From positions 1 through 61,109 of the forward strand of contig JBDRNT010000045.1 of assembly GCA_043810925.1 (NCBI GenBank): a stretch of 61,109 nt of DNA, given 5' to 3'. Positions 9,644 to 19,633 of the stretch are shown one piece after another. The position numbers were made by a program, and so were the translations under genes. Numbering within the stretch: position 1 is the stretch's first letter; each line of letters opens with the position of its first letter. The notes under the pieces were generated by a model. That model was not told the DNA's origin and did no database searches. It saw only the letters and a program-made list of their open reading frames with translations. This DNA comes from Candidatus Eiseniibacteriota bacterium. Lineage in GTDB: Bacteria > Arandabacterota > Arandabacteria > Arandabacterales > Arandabacteraceae.

Positions 9644-12096
9644 GCAGCACGAGAATCGGCGTCTTTGTTTGTCATTGTGGTATGAACATCGCCGGCAGCG
9701 TCGATTGCGACGCGGTCACCGAGTACGCAAAGACCCTTCCAAACGTGGTAGCAGCCGTAGCCAACAGGTACACGTGCTCGGATCCCGGACAGGAAGAGAT
9801 CAAGAAGGGAATAGCCGAGCATAATCTCAACCGGGTCGTTGTGGCCTCGTGTACACCCAGGCTGCATGAGCCTACGTTCAGGAAGGCCGTCGAAGAAGCT
9901 GGGCTCAACCCTTACCTTCTCGAGATGGCCAATATCCGCGAGCACTGTAGCTGGGTGCATCTCCACGACAAGAAGGGTGCCACCGAGAAGGCAAAGGATC
10001 TTGTCAAGATGGCGGTGGCGAGGGCCGCGGGGCTCGAGGAGCAGACCGAGACGACTGTGCCTGTCACGGCCAAGGCCCTGGTGATCGGAGCCGGGGTAGC
10101 GGGCATTCAGGCATCGCTTGACCTTGCCGAAAACGGTTACCAGGTCTACCTGGTCGAGAAGGAGCCGTCGATCGGCGGGATAATGGCCCAGATCGACAAG
10201 ACCTATCCGACCATGGACTGCTCCATATGAATTCTCGGGCCCAAGATGACGGATGTCGGTCGACATCCGAAGGTTGAACTGCTGGCCTACAGCGAAGTAA
10301 CGAAGGTTACCGGTTACGTCGGGAACTTCAAGGTCACCGTCCACCGCAAGGCGAGGTTTGTTGATGAGAAGGAATGCACCGCCTGCGGAGACTGTGTTGA
10401 GGTTTGCCCGGTCACAAAGCCCAACGAATTCGAGATGGGACTCGCGACACGGAAGGCGATCTACAGTCCCTTCCCCCAGGCGATACCGCCTGCATACGTC
10501 ATAAACGCTGAGGACTGCCTCGGTCATATGCCGCTGGCCTGCGAGAAGTGTGCCCAGGCCTGCGAGAAGCACTGCATCAATTATGACCAGGAGGATGAGG
10601 ACGTCGAGCTCGAGGTCGGAGTGATCATTGTGGCGACGGGCATGAAGGTCTTCGATCCCACCATACTTACCGAGTACGGTTACTCGAAGTATCCCAATGT
10701 CATTACAAGCATGGAGTTTGAAAGGCTGATTAACGCGGGCGGTCCGACCGGCGGAGAACTTGTGCGGTTGGACACCCGTGAGCACCCCAAGAAGGTGGCA
10801 TTCCTCCAGTGTATCGGATCGAGATCTGAGAAAAGGGGACACCCATATTGCAGCAATGTCTGCTGTATGAACAGCGTCAAGGACACGATCCTCATCAAGG
10901 AGCACTGGCCGGAAATCGATGTCGGGGTTTATTACATCGACATCCGTGCCTTCGGCAAGGGATTTGAGGATCTCTACAAGAGAAGCAAGGCCCACGGTGT
11001 CAGATACCTGCGAGGTCTGCCGGGGGAGATAAGGCTAAACGAAGACGGCATGCTCGATCTCTATGTTGAGAACGTGGAGACGGGGAAGACCGAGAAGCAT
11101 TCTTATGACATGGTGGTTCTCTCAGTCGGACTCGAGCCTCCCGATAAACTCGATGAGATGAGGCAGATGCTCAACCTCTCGAAGACTGCCGACGGCTTTC
11201 TGCTCGAGGCACATCCCAAACTCGAGCCTGTGGATGCACCCACGCGTGGGATTTACTTCGCCGGGTGTTCCGAGGCACCGAAGGACATAAAGGACTCGGT
11301 GACACAGGCCTCGGGTGCTGTTGCACGAGCCGGCAGCCTGATGTGTAAGGGCGAGATCACGGTAGAGGCCATTACCTCAAGGATCATCGAGGAGAAGTGC
11401 AAGATGTGCGGCATCTGTGCCAAGGTGTGCCCCTACAATGCGATCCAGTTCGATAAGGCGTCGAAGCAGCCGCCCAAGGTAATTGAAGCTGCGTGTGCCG
11501 GGTGTGGGTGCTGCGGGGCCGAGTGCCCGTTCGATGCGATCGTCATGAGACATTTCACCGACGAGCAGATCATCGCCCAGATAGATGCGATGCTTGACGA
11601 GAACCCCATGGACAAGGTCGTGGTGTTCGCCTGTAACTGGTGCTCATACGCAGGGGCTGACTTCGCGGGGGTGTCGAGACTCCAGCAGCCGGCGAGTCCG
11701 CGCTTGATCAGGACTATGTGTAGCGCCAGGGTCAGCACGAAGTTCATTCTGCACGCGTTTAAGAAGGGCGCACCGGTTGTACTTGTCTCAGGCTGCCACT
11801 TCGGTGACTGTCACTACATCGATGCCAACCACTGGACCAAGAAGCGGGTCGATAAACTCAGGGACCAGCTCGTCAAGTGGGGCATCAGGGGTGAAAGACT
11901 TCCGCTTTACTGGATCAGTGCCGCCGAAGGTCAGCGCTTCCAGAAGGTGATGGAAGAGATGGAAGAGCTGAGAAAGACGGTCACTGTCGAGGAGGTCGAA
12001 GAAACCAAACGGATCCTGGCCGAGCAGGAAGCCAAGAAGGCTGCTAAGAAGAAGGCGAAGAAGCCGGACAAAGAGGCCAAAGCGGCCACCGACTAA
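9640..12096 (+). CDS. hdrA: Selenocysteine-containing HdrA fused to C-terminal MvhD (UGA at 10228-10230 read as Sec)
   Basis: ORFs 9640..10230 and 10246..12096 are in frame across a single [21 protein letters not shown] aligns with DKTLPTNDCSI-C-ILSPLL of the upstream paralogue. SECIS-like hairpin follows; C-terminal [12 protein letters not shown] marks the MvhD domain. Confidence 0.9.
10250..10269 (+). promoter_or_regulatory. Bacterial SECIS element
   Basis: CGGATGTC-GGTC-GACATCCG: perfect 8-bp stem with a GGUC apical loop beginning 27 nt after the UGA. Confidence 0.8.
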
Positions 12097-12100
12097 CTTC

Positions 12101-12141
12101 CCCTGGGGTCACCCCTGGGGTCAGGTCTTGAAATTAAGCGT
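12101..12141 (+). repeat. GGGGTCA-family repeat; left arm of a 26-bp inverted pair
   Basis: TGGGGTCAGGTCTTGAAATTAAGCGT at 12116-12141 is the exact reverse complement of 13083-13108; preceded by a short duplication CCCTGGGGTCA. Confidence 0.85.
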
Positions 12142-12171
12142 CGCCACTTTGGTGGCGGCGCTGTTTGTTTT
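12138..12171 (+). terminator. Probable intrinsic terminator of the kor-hdr operon
   Basis: GCGTCGCCAC-TTTG-GTGGCGGCGC stem followed by TGTTTGTTTT. Confidence 0.6.
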
Positions 12172-12224
12172 GAAGCCTTGGGTGCTGTGTCATCGCAACG
12201 TGATTTCGGGGTAACTTGCGGCTC

Positions 12225-13034
12225 TCAGATCTTCTCGATGTCCTTCTCGCGGATCCAGCCGATGTCACCCGTTGATAGCTCCACTTCGACCCAGATGCCG
12301 CTTTTTGCCCTGAGGCTGACCTCCACCCCATCGGGAAGCCTGGCGAGCTCATCGAATGCCGTACCCGGGCCGGACATAAACTCGGCCTTGTCGGCTGTAA
12401 CGACGCCATCCGAACCACTGCTGAATCTCGAAACGCCATAGCGCGCTAACCCGAGGGCGCCGACCGTCACAACGAGAAGCACAACCAGGATGCGAAGGTT
12501 CTTCTTGCGAAGACCGCCTTTTAGCATCAGGCCGGACACAAAGCATATGGTTGTGAGGTAGTAGCCCACATAAAAGACCAGTGTAAGTTCCCTCGGCGAT
12601 GCAATGCGCAACGGAAGTAAGGCGACACCACCCAGATCGTATGATGCGGTCGTGTCCCTGAACCCTACAACCGACCGTACAAGACTGAGGTTGGTCTTAA
12701 TGTCTGAATCCCTCGGTGAGAGCATCCCACCACGTCTGTAGCTCGCAACCGCCCTGCCGACGAGACCCTGTTTGTAATAACAATTGCCCAGATTGTAATA
12801 GACCTCGGCACTCTTCACTCCCCGTGCGACCAGTGACTCAAAGTGCCCGGCCGCAAGATCAAAGTCACCCTGCTCATAGAGGTCGCACCCGTCATTGAAT
12901 ACTGCGTTGATATCCCCCAGCGGGGCCGCCGCCCAGGCCACGCCGGTCATCAGCAGGCACACAAGGGCTACCATCAGGCATAGCCCCAGGTATCCGCTGG
13001 CGCAGCCCTTTGGACCGCAAGCGAATGTCTTCAT
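12225..13034 (-). CDS. batE: BatE-like TPR + TM + SH3b protein (start uncertain: 13124, 13034 or later)
   Basis: YYNLGNCYYKQG TPR, two TM helices, C-terminal SGPG...W..V.L..G..GWI SH3 domain; last gene of the Bat operon. Confidence 0.8.
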   Translation of the reverse strand: MKTFACGPKGCASGYLGLCLMVALVCLLMTGVAWAAAPLGDINAVFNDGCDLYEQGDFDLAAGHFESLVARGVKSAEVYYNLGNCYYKQGLVGRAVASYRRGGMLSPRDSDIKTNLSLVRSVVGFRDTTASYDLGGVALLPLRIASPRELTLVFYVGYYLTTICFVSGLMLKGGLRKKNLRILVVLLVVTVGALGLARYGVSRFSSGSDGVVTADKAEFMSGPGTAFDELARLPDGVEVSLRAKSGIWVEVELSTGDIGWIREKDIEKI

Positions 13035-13082
13035 TCTGAGCAAGGTGGACCGAAAGGCGAGCCAGCCGGGCCCACACCCAAA

Positions 13083-13108
13083 ACGCTTAATTTCAAGACC
13101 TGACCCCA
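13083..13108 (-). repeat. GGGGTCA-family repeat; right arm of the 26-bp inverted pair
   Basis: Exact reverse complement of 12116-12141; lies 6 nt after the batD stop. Confidence 0.85.
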
Positions 13109-13114
13109 AGGTGG

Positions 13115-14893
13115 TTACTTCCATTCTTTGTCCACCATGCTGAAGATGCTCCTTGCCTTCTCGAGAATCTGCTCCAACTCCGCGCGATCAGGGCTTACCG
13201 GTGAAAACCTGATGCGGTCCAGATCACCGAACAGTCGACCGATCTCCGTACGGCGTTCGGGTGAGACCCGGGCCATCGAGCCGACAAACGCCTCATCCAC
13301 AACCGATTCGCCTACACCTGTTCTCGCGGCGATATACTTCCTTATGGCTCTTCCGACGCAGCCTGATGCATCTGCCGTCCGTGCCTCTTTCGCAAGCAGA
13401 CGCTCAGCGGCCTTAAGCTCCCCAACCAGGACCCTGAAGGCCCTTCGGGCACCGGCCCGTCCTGAACCTGCGGCACGTCTTCTCTGAATGCTTATCACGA
13501 TACCGGCCAGCGCGATCAGGACCGGAAGATACTTGATCAGCATGCCTGTGGCTCCACCGGATGAGAGTGTAAGGTCATCTCTGTCAATTGCAACGCGCTT
13601 CACATACCTTATGTCCTGACGCGCTATCCTGGTCTCCAGACCCGACTCGTTAAGCTGGCCGGCAACCGACTCGTCGGCCGGAAGCACTTCGACCCTGACC
13701 GGTTCGGCCGTTGTTACCACGTAGCTCGCCTTCTCGGGATCGAAGTAGGAAAAATCAAAACCTTCCAGTGTGTAGTTTCCCGGTCGCTGCGGCACGAGCA
13801 CAAGATCGAATATCTTCTCACCGCCGACAACCTGTCCATCGGCGTTGATCACTTCCCTCGCCTTAGGAGCGAATACTCGAAAATCCCTTATCTCAGGCAG
13901 AGGAATCTCACCGATCGACTTGAGGTTGCCCCGACCTCGCACCCTGATGGACAACGTCAGCGATTCACCGACCCTGACCTCCTGGGCACTCGCAGTTGCA
14001 GAGAGACTGAACTTCCCCACGGCCCCGGTGAAATCAGCCGGTCTGCCCTGACGCGGAAGTGGGAGTACTTCGATTTCGATGGGCGTGGTTTGGGCAGCTC
14101 CCTCCCTCCGTCCGAATGCGCCGAAAGGATCCCGGCCAAAGAGGCTGAACGGATCACGCGAGAACGGATCGAGTTCACGCACCTCGAAGCGCACACCAGC
14201 CTCGCCTATCGTGAACTTCCCGCTGGAAATCGGGAAGAAGGCCGTACGCCTGGTCAAAACATAGTACTGGGTGCCGCGTATGGTCTCGATTTCCGGACCG
14301 GTCTCCCCCATGTCCTCAAACCAGAAACCCGTATGATCCGGAGGGATATACTGTGTCCCGCTCAGCAGCCGCACCCTGTAGGCAAACTTGACTGTATACG
14401 TGATCTGCTGGCCGACATACGCCTTGCTCTTATCCACCGAGGCGGTGAGAAGTACGAGATCCTCATCCGACTGAGCACCCGCCTGCCCTGACTGTGAGGG
14501 GGCGCGTCCCTTGGTCACGGTCACCCGGACCGATCCGGTTTCATATGTCTGATTGTCAGAAGCGACAGTGAACGGACCCAGTTCATACTCGCCTTGCTTG
14601 AGGGCAACAAGCGTGTACTGAAGATTCAGGGAACGGGTCATCTTCATGTTGACGATGCTGATATTGCGGGAGGTCGAGGTGTTGACTACACGAAAGCCAT
14701 CGATATTGCCGAGGTCGGGCTCGGAGACCTTATCCCCGCCAAAAACAGATATCGTGAGCGTAAGGGGCTCCCCCACTCCGACGGCCCTTCTGTCAACCGA
14801 GGCCTCTGCCCGGAAATCCTCGGCCGACGGAACACCCGCCAGTGCGAGCACACCCGTAAGCCAGAGACCCACCAGGACCCTTGTACGACTCAT
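13115..14893 (-). CDS. batD: BatD family protein
   Basis: Signal peptide, repeated Ig-like BatD domains (AYVGQQITY, FTGAVGKF, GRGNL), C-terminal TM; operon context. Confidence 0.85.
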   Translation of the reverse strand: MSRTRVLVGLWLTGVLALAGVPSAEDFRAEASVDRRAVGVGEPLTLTISVFGGDKVSEPDLGNIDGFRVVNTSTSRNISIVNMKMTRSLNLQYTLVALKQGEYELGPFTVASDNQTYETGSVRVTVTKGRAPSQSGQAGAQSDEDLVLLTASVDKSKAYVGQQITYTVKFAYRVRLLSGTQYIPPDHTGFWFEDMGETGPEIETIRGTQYYVLTRRTAFFPISSGKFTIGEAGVRFEVRELDPFSRDPFSLFGRDPFGAFGRREGAAQTTPIEIEVLPLPRQGRPADFTGAVGKFSLSATASAQEVRVGESLTLSIRVRGRGNLKSIGEIPLPEIRDFRVFAPKAREVINADGQVVGGEKIFDLVLVPQRPGNYTLEGFDFSYFDPEKASYVVTTAEPVRVEVLPADESVAGQLNESGLETRIARQDIRYVKRVAIDRDDLTLSSGGATGMLIKYLPVLIALAGIVISIQRRRAAGSGRAGARRAFRVLVGELKAAERLLAKEARTADASGCVGRAIRKYIAARTGVGESVVDEAFVGSMARVSPERRTEIGRLFGDLDRIRFSPVSPDRAELEQILEKARSIFSMVDKEWK

Positions 14894-14898
14894 ATGGA

Positions 14899-15666
14899 TT
14901 ACCAGTCCTTACCCGTGATACGCTTCCTCTTCGCCGCTTTCTTGAGCATCTCCTCCTGTGTATCCTTGTCACTTGCCTCTATTGCCGCAAGTATTCTCTC
15001 GAGATCCTCAGGACTTATCTCGCCCGGATCAGGCTGAGGCTGGCTCTCCCCCGGTTGCTCGCGGTTCTCGGCTTGCTCGTCTTCACCCTGCCGGCTCTTG
15101 TCCTGGTCCTGCTCGTCTTCACCCTGATCCTGTTGCTCCTGTTGCTCCTTCTCCTTGGCCAGCTCATCGTCCTGCTTATCCTCAGGTTGCTCCTTCTTGT
15201 CCTGCTGTTGCTCGCTGTCCTGTTCTTGCTGCTCCATCATCCTGATGGCGTACTCGAGGTTGTACTTGGCATCTTCATCATCAGGGTCGATTAGAAGGGA
15301 TCTCTTGTAGGCCTCGGCCGCACCCTTGAGATCGCCGCTCTTAAACATCGAGTTACCCAGGTTGTAGTAGCTCATGGCGGCGATGCTATCCGCGGGAGAG
15401 GCCGATGAGTTAAGAAACTCGCGTGCTCCCTCCGGGAACTTGCCAAGCCTGTAAAGAGCGTCCCCGGCATTGAAGTGAGGTACCGACTGCAGGGAGTCGA
15501 GTCTTTCAGCCGCAAGATATCGGTCCAGGGCTTGCTGGTGCTCACCATCGTCGTAGTGCCGATTGCCCTTGCTGATCGTTCCATGCATCCTGTCCGTCAG
15601 GGTAACTGCCTGAGATGAACTTGCGAGCACCACGATAACACCTAACGCCATGATATATCTACGCAC
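14899..15666 (-). CDS. batC: BatC-like TPR protein with Q/E/D-rich linker
   Basis: YYNLGNS, DEDAKYNLE, acidic Gln-rich region, C-terminal KDW. Confidence 0.85.
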   Translation of the reverse strand: MRRYIMALGVIVVLASSSQAVTLTDRMHGTISKGNRHYDDGEHQQALDRYLAAERLDSLQSVPHFNAGDALYRLGKFPEGAREFLNSSASPADSIAAMSYYNLGNSMFKSGDLKGAAEAYKRSLLIDPDDEDAKYNLEYAIRMMEQQEQDSEQQQDKKEQPEDKQDDELAKEKEQQEQQDQGEDEQDQDKSRQGEDEQAENREQPGESQPQPDPGEISPEDLERILAAIEASDKDTQEEMLKKAAKRKRITGKDW

Positions 15667-16666
15667 GTCTCACCTTGTCCCCTATGAACCCCTCTATGGC
15701 CAGCAACATGAAGCAGAGCACAAGTGGTATCTGGAACAGCTCAGCATAGTCCTCATACGTCCGCTGCTCGAGTACACCTTTCTCGATTTCTTCTATTGAG
15801 CGCGCCAGCTTCGCGATTTCCTTATCCCCCAGGCCAAGCGTGTAGCTGTCACCACCGGTAGTCCTTGCGATCCGTTTAAGGAGGGCTGTGTCCAACTTCG
15901 AAACGACCACCTCATCGCTCTCATCCCGTTTGTAGGAGGTAACCGTGCCACCGCCGTCCCTGACGGGTATCGGTTCGCCCGCAGGCGTCCCCACGCCCAG
16001 AGTATAGATCCTGACCCCGTCTGACTGTGCCATCTTAATTGCATCCTCAATCTGGCGGCCATGGTCCTCCCCGTCCGTGATCAGCACTATGGCCTTGCCC
16101 CTCCCACTGCTGCTCTTGAGTGCAACAAGGGACTCCGTGATCGCGCTTCCGATGTTTGTCCCCTGTTCGGGTACCACGCCGGGGTTCAGAAAATCCACAA
16201 ACATGGCCAGTGCACCACTGTCAATCGTGAGCGGGCAGTGGATGAAACCTTCCCCGGCAAACCCGACGAGCGCAAAGCGGTCCTCACCCAGGCGTGAAAT
16301 CAAGGTCCTCACGGCCCGCTTGGCGACCTCCAGTCTGTTGGGGCTCACATCCTCAGCATACATGCTCACGGACACATCCAGCGCTATAACCACATCCGCA
16401 CCCTCGCGCTTGATGATCCTCGTGCCTCTGCCAAGCCTCGGCATAGCCCATGCGAGGATCAGGAGAACAAGCGCAATAACCATAAGCACGCGTTTGACGA
16501 TCCTTCTTCTCGGGGAATACCCCCTCACAACCTTGGAGAAGATACCTGAATCGGCAAACCTCGCCATCGCCCGTTTCGTTGAGATGATTTCATAAACGAA
16601 GAGCACGGCCCCTGCCGCTGCGGCTAAGATGAAGTAAAGTGCCAGTGGATTTCCCGTCTGCATCAC
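15659..16666 (-). CDS. batB: BatB-like VWA domain protein
   Basis: DVSVSM MIDAS motif, PNRLE, ITDGEDH. Confidence 0.88.
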   Translation of the reverse strand: MMQTGNPLALYFILAAAAGAVLFVYEIISTKRAMARFADSGIFSKVVRGYSPRRRIVKRVLMVIALVLLILAWAMPRLGRGTRIIKREGADVVIALDVSVSMYAEDVSPNRLEVAKRAVRTLISRLGEDRFALVGFAGEGFIHCPLTIDSGALAMFVDFLNPGVVPEQGTNIGSAITESLVALKSSSGRGKAIVLITDGEDHGRQIEDAIKMAQSDGVRIYTLGVGTPAGEPIPVRDGGGTVTSYKRDESDEVVVSKLDTALLKRIARTTGGDSYTLGLGDKEIAKLARSIEEIEKGVLEQRTYEDYAELFQIPLVLCFMLLAIEGFIGDKVRRA

Positions 16667-16675
16667 AATGTCCCC

Positions 16676-17680
16676 TTAGGGTATCTTTCTCCATACGGTG
16701 CTCAGGAGAATTATCTCCATAAACACCGCCAGAACCCCGAACGGCAAGACGTACTTGGCCAGCTCCTTCCTGTGTTTGAAGTGCTTGACCTCAAAGGCCG
16801 TCTTCTCCATTTCAAGGATCTTCTTGTAGATCTCCTCGAGTGCCTTCTCATCCGTCGCCCTGTAATATCTCCCGTCGGTGATCTTTGCTATCTCTTTCAG
16901 CGTATCCTCATCGAGTTCGGTCATGTAGATGCTGCCGTCCCGGTTTCTTGCGTAAACCATCGTCCCGTCACGTGTCGGAACCGGTACGGGCGCGCCCCCC
17001 TCCTTCCCGACACCCACGGTATAGATTCTGATCCCGGCAGCCTTCGCGAGCGAGGCCCCGGTACGCGGGTCTATCTCACCCCTGTTGTTGACACCGTCAG
17101 TGAGGAGGATAATGACCTTGCTCTTGGCATCGGAGTCCTTGAGCCGCGCGACACAGTTGGCCAGCGCGAGACCGATAGCCGTACCGTCCTCTATCATCCC
17201 GATCTCCACGTCCTCAAGCATGGTCTTAAGGACCCCGTGATCAAGCGTAAGCGGACACCTCGTAAAACTCCTGGATGCAAAAACAACCAGCCCCGCACGG
17301 TCGTTCGCTATGAGCGAGATGAAGTCGGATACGACCTGCTTTGCCACGTAGATCCTGTTCTTAGGCTTAAAATCCTCAGCGCGCATGCTCCCCGAGATAT
17401 CCAGTCCAAGCATGATGTCTATGCCTTCGGCCTTGATCGTCTCAAAGCCCTTCTCGAGTTGAGGCCTTGCCAGAGCAAGGGCAATAAGGACGAGAGCTGC
17501 GACACGCAGCGCAAAGAGCGTACCGCGGTAGCCGCGCCTGACCCGGAGTCTGCCCCCGAATGACTTGAGATCCGAGTAACGTACTGCGGCATACCGCCGG
17601 GAAGCCTCCTTGAAGGTATACCTGTAAAGAAGCGGCAAAGCAGCCAGAATGAACAGAAAGAGCGGGTTTTCAAATCTCAT
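16676..17680 (-). CDS. batA: BatA-like VWA domain protein
   Basis: ALARPQ, DISGSM, DGTAIG, LLTDGVNN. Confidence 0.9.
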   Translation of the reverse strand: MRFENPLFLFILAALPLLYRYTFKEASRRYAAVRYSDLKSFGGRLRVRRGYRGTLFALRVAALVLIALALARPQLEKGFETIKAEGIDIMLGLDISGSMRAEDFKPKNRIYVAKQVVSDFISLIANDRAGLVVFASRSFTRCPLTLDHGVLKTMLEDVEIGMIEDGTAIGLALANCVARLKDSDAKSKVIILLTDGVNNRGEIDPRTGASLAKAAGIRIYTVGVGKEGGAPVPVPTRDGTMVYARNRDGSIYMTELDEDTLKEIAKITDGRYYRATDEKALEEIYKKILEMEKTAFEVKHFKHRKELAKYVLPFGVLAVFMEIILLSTVWRKIP

Positions 17681-17682
17681 AT

Positions 17683-18747
17683 CTATCCTGACTCCGCTTC
17701 CCGGTGCTTTCCAACGGGGCTCCCCGTGAGTCTCACGACTTCTCTTGCCCTCGTAAGCAGTGAAGCGACGGCCTCACGTGCGGGCGTGAGCTTCGCGAAC
17801 TTAACGAGGTCCCCTTCCTCAAGCACGTCCCTGATTGCGTCAACGCCCTCCTGTGCTACCGCTATCTCTGAGAGTGCACTCAGGGTATAGGATGTGGGGG
17901 ACTCCATCGCCAGCACTTCGAACTTGCGCTCGAGGTATCTTCGTACGGTCTCGGATACGAGTGTGTAATGGTCCTTTATCATGCCGCGCTCAATGAGGTC
18001 CAAGACTTCGATTCTCTTGAGTTCCTTCAGTGCGGCCTCTTCTGGAACAAGATGGGGCTCGCTAACCTCTATGTCGAGGTCCAGAGCAACTTCCTTGCGT
18101 CGCAAGAGTCCCAACAGATTGAGAAAAGCCAGAAAGAGCTTTACGAGCGGCCCTGTGATCCTTACCCAGACGGTCCGGAGTGCGGCTTCAATCTCGTGCT
18201 TTCGTTTAACGGAAAGAAGCACGCTTACGGCCGTGCCGGCTGCGAGTCCTACCAGAAGAGCATAACTGAGGATCAGGTCCTTCCATCTCCTCGGGACCGC
18301 GATCGGATCCTTTATGTCCCTTATCTCAGCGGCGTCATCGGGAAGGATGCTCGCAACCTCGATCTCGACCGGTGATGTTTCTGCCTTGAGGGTCTCTCCG
18401 TCCGGTGCCAGGTACACAACCGCCACGGGCGGCACCGTCTGGGGGCCCAGTTCAAAAACGGTGAGCAACAGCGATATTCTCCGTGTGAACCGGTCACCCA
18501 CCTTCGATGCCACACCCTCACGGACGTCTCTCACCACGAAACCGCCGAGCCTGTCACCTATTGCGAGGGGCTTGACATCGACGCCATCCTCCCAGTCGAG
18601 GTCAAGATGGAGGTTGAAGGTGTCCCCCACCGCAACGATCTTCCGCTCGACACCCGCCTCGACCGAGAGGGGCTCCTCCCCGGCGGCACGCAGGCCACCC
18701 GGAACGAGCAGTAAGACAAGCAGTAAACAGACTCTCAGTACCGCCAT
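17683..18747 (-). CDS. Bat-operon membrane protein (Ig-like domain + TM + helical domain)
   Basis: Signal peptide, IRDIKDP before the TM, VRRYLE and DLVKFAK motifs; lies between DUF58 and batA. Confidence 0.75.
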   Translation of the reverse strand: MAVLRVCLLLVLLLVPGGLRAAGEEPLSVEAGVERKIVAVGDTFNLHLDLDWEDGVDVKPLAIGDRLGGFVVRDVREGVASKVGDRFTRRISLLLTVFELGPQTVPPVAVVYLAPDGETLKAETSPVEIEVASILPDDAAEIRDIKDPIAVPRRWKDLILSYALLVGLAAGTAVSVLLSVKRKHEIEAALRTVWVRITGPLVKLFLAFLNLLGLLRRKEVALDLDIEVSEPHLVPEEAALKELKRIEVLDLIERGMIKDHYTLVSETVRRYLERKFEVLAMESPTSYTLSALSEIAVAQEGVDAIRDVLEEGDLVKFAKLTPAREAVASLLTRAREVVRLTGSPVGKHREAESG

Positions 18748-19622
18748 TTCAGCCTTCGCTGCCTTTCCTGAAAGAACCTGATCAGCGGTTCAACATAGTC
18801 CGCGTCGGTACGCAGATTTATCTGGTCGACCCTGGCACGGCTCAAGATCGCCTGTCTGGATTCGGCCGCCTCCGCCGCAGCCTCGCGGAATGCGTCAGCA
18901 CCCTTTCTCCCCCGGAAGTCGAGCACGGTTCTCTCCCCGGTCTCACCATCTTCCACCTCAATCAATCCGACCGCAGGAATCTCGATCTCCTTTGGATCTA
19001 CGATGGTGAGCGCGACGACATCATGCTTCCTGTTGGCAACGGTTACCGCGGGTTCGTAGCCGGAATCCCTGAAATCGGATATGCAGAACATCACGCTGTG
19101 CCGCTTGATGACTCTCATCGCGTACTCGAGCGCTTTCGAGATATTTGTGCCCTTCGATTTCGGTTCGAAGTGAAGAATTTCCCTTATGATCCTGAGGACA
19201 TGCTTGCTCCCCTTGCGCGGGGGTACGAAGGTCTCTATCTCATCGGTAAAGATGAGCAGTCCCACCTTGTCGTTGTTCCTTATCGCGGCAAAAGCCAGGA
19301 CTGCACCGACTTCGGCGGCGAGCTCACGCTTGAGCCTGAGTTTCGTCCCGAAATCAAAGGAACCGCTGGCGTCGACAACGATGAGAACGGTGAGTTCCCT
19401 TTCCTCGACGTATTTCTTAACGTGGAGCCATCCGGTTCTTGCGGTCACATTCCAGTCGATTGTCCGTATGTCATCGCCCGGTTGGTATTCCCTGACCTCA
19501 TCGAATTCCATCCCGCGGCCCTTGAAGATACTCTCATACCTGCCGGCGAACGTGTCACGGACGATCGATCTCGTCGTGATCTCTATTCGTCTTACCTTCT
19601 GGAGTATTTCTCTCGGTATCAA
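18735..19622 (-). CDS. DUF58 domain protein
   Basis: GMEFDEVREYQPGDDIRTIDWNVTAR. Confidence 0.92.
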   Translation of the reverse strand: MIPREILQKVRRIEITTRSIVRDTFAGRYESIFKGRGMEFDEVREYQPGDDIRTIDWNVTARTGWLHVKKYVEERELTVLIVVDASGSFDFGTKLRLKRELAAEVGAVLAFAAIRNNDKVGLLIFTDEIETFVPPRKGSKHVLRIIREILHFEPKSKGTNISKALEYAMRVIKRHSVMFCISDFRDSGYEPAVTVANRKHDVVALTIVDPKEIEIPAVGLIEVEDGETGERTVLDFRGRKGADAFREAAAEAAESRQAILSRARVDQINLRTDADYVEPLIRFFQERQRRLKWRY

Positions 19623-19633
19623 AGCCGCCTCAC

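Noticed and set aside
9640-10230. hdrA pseudogene or split gene
   Set aside because: The single TGA sits at a conserved Cys position with a SECIS-like hairpin; Sec read-through explains it better.
9334-10995. 553-aa antisense ORF
   Set aside because: Shadow of the hdr genes in GC-rich DNA; no recognisable motifs.
12116-13108. Autonomous IS element
   Set aside because: The inverted repeats enclose batE, not a transposase, and no clear target-site duplication is visible.
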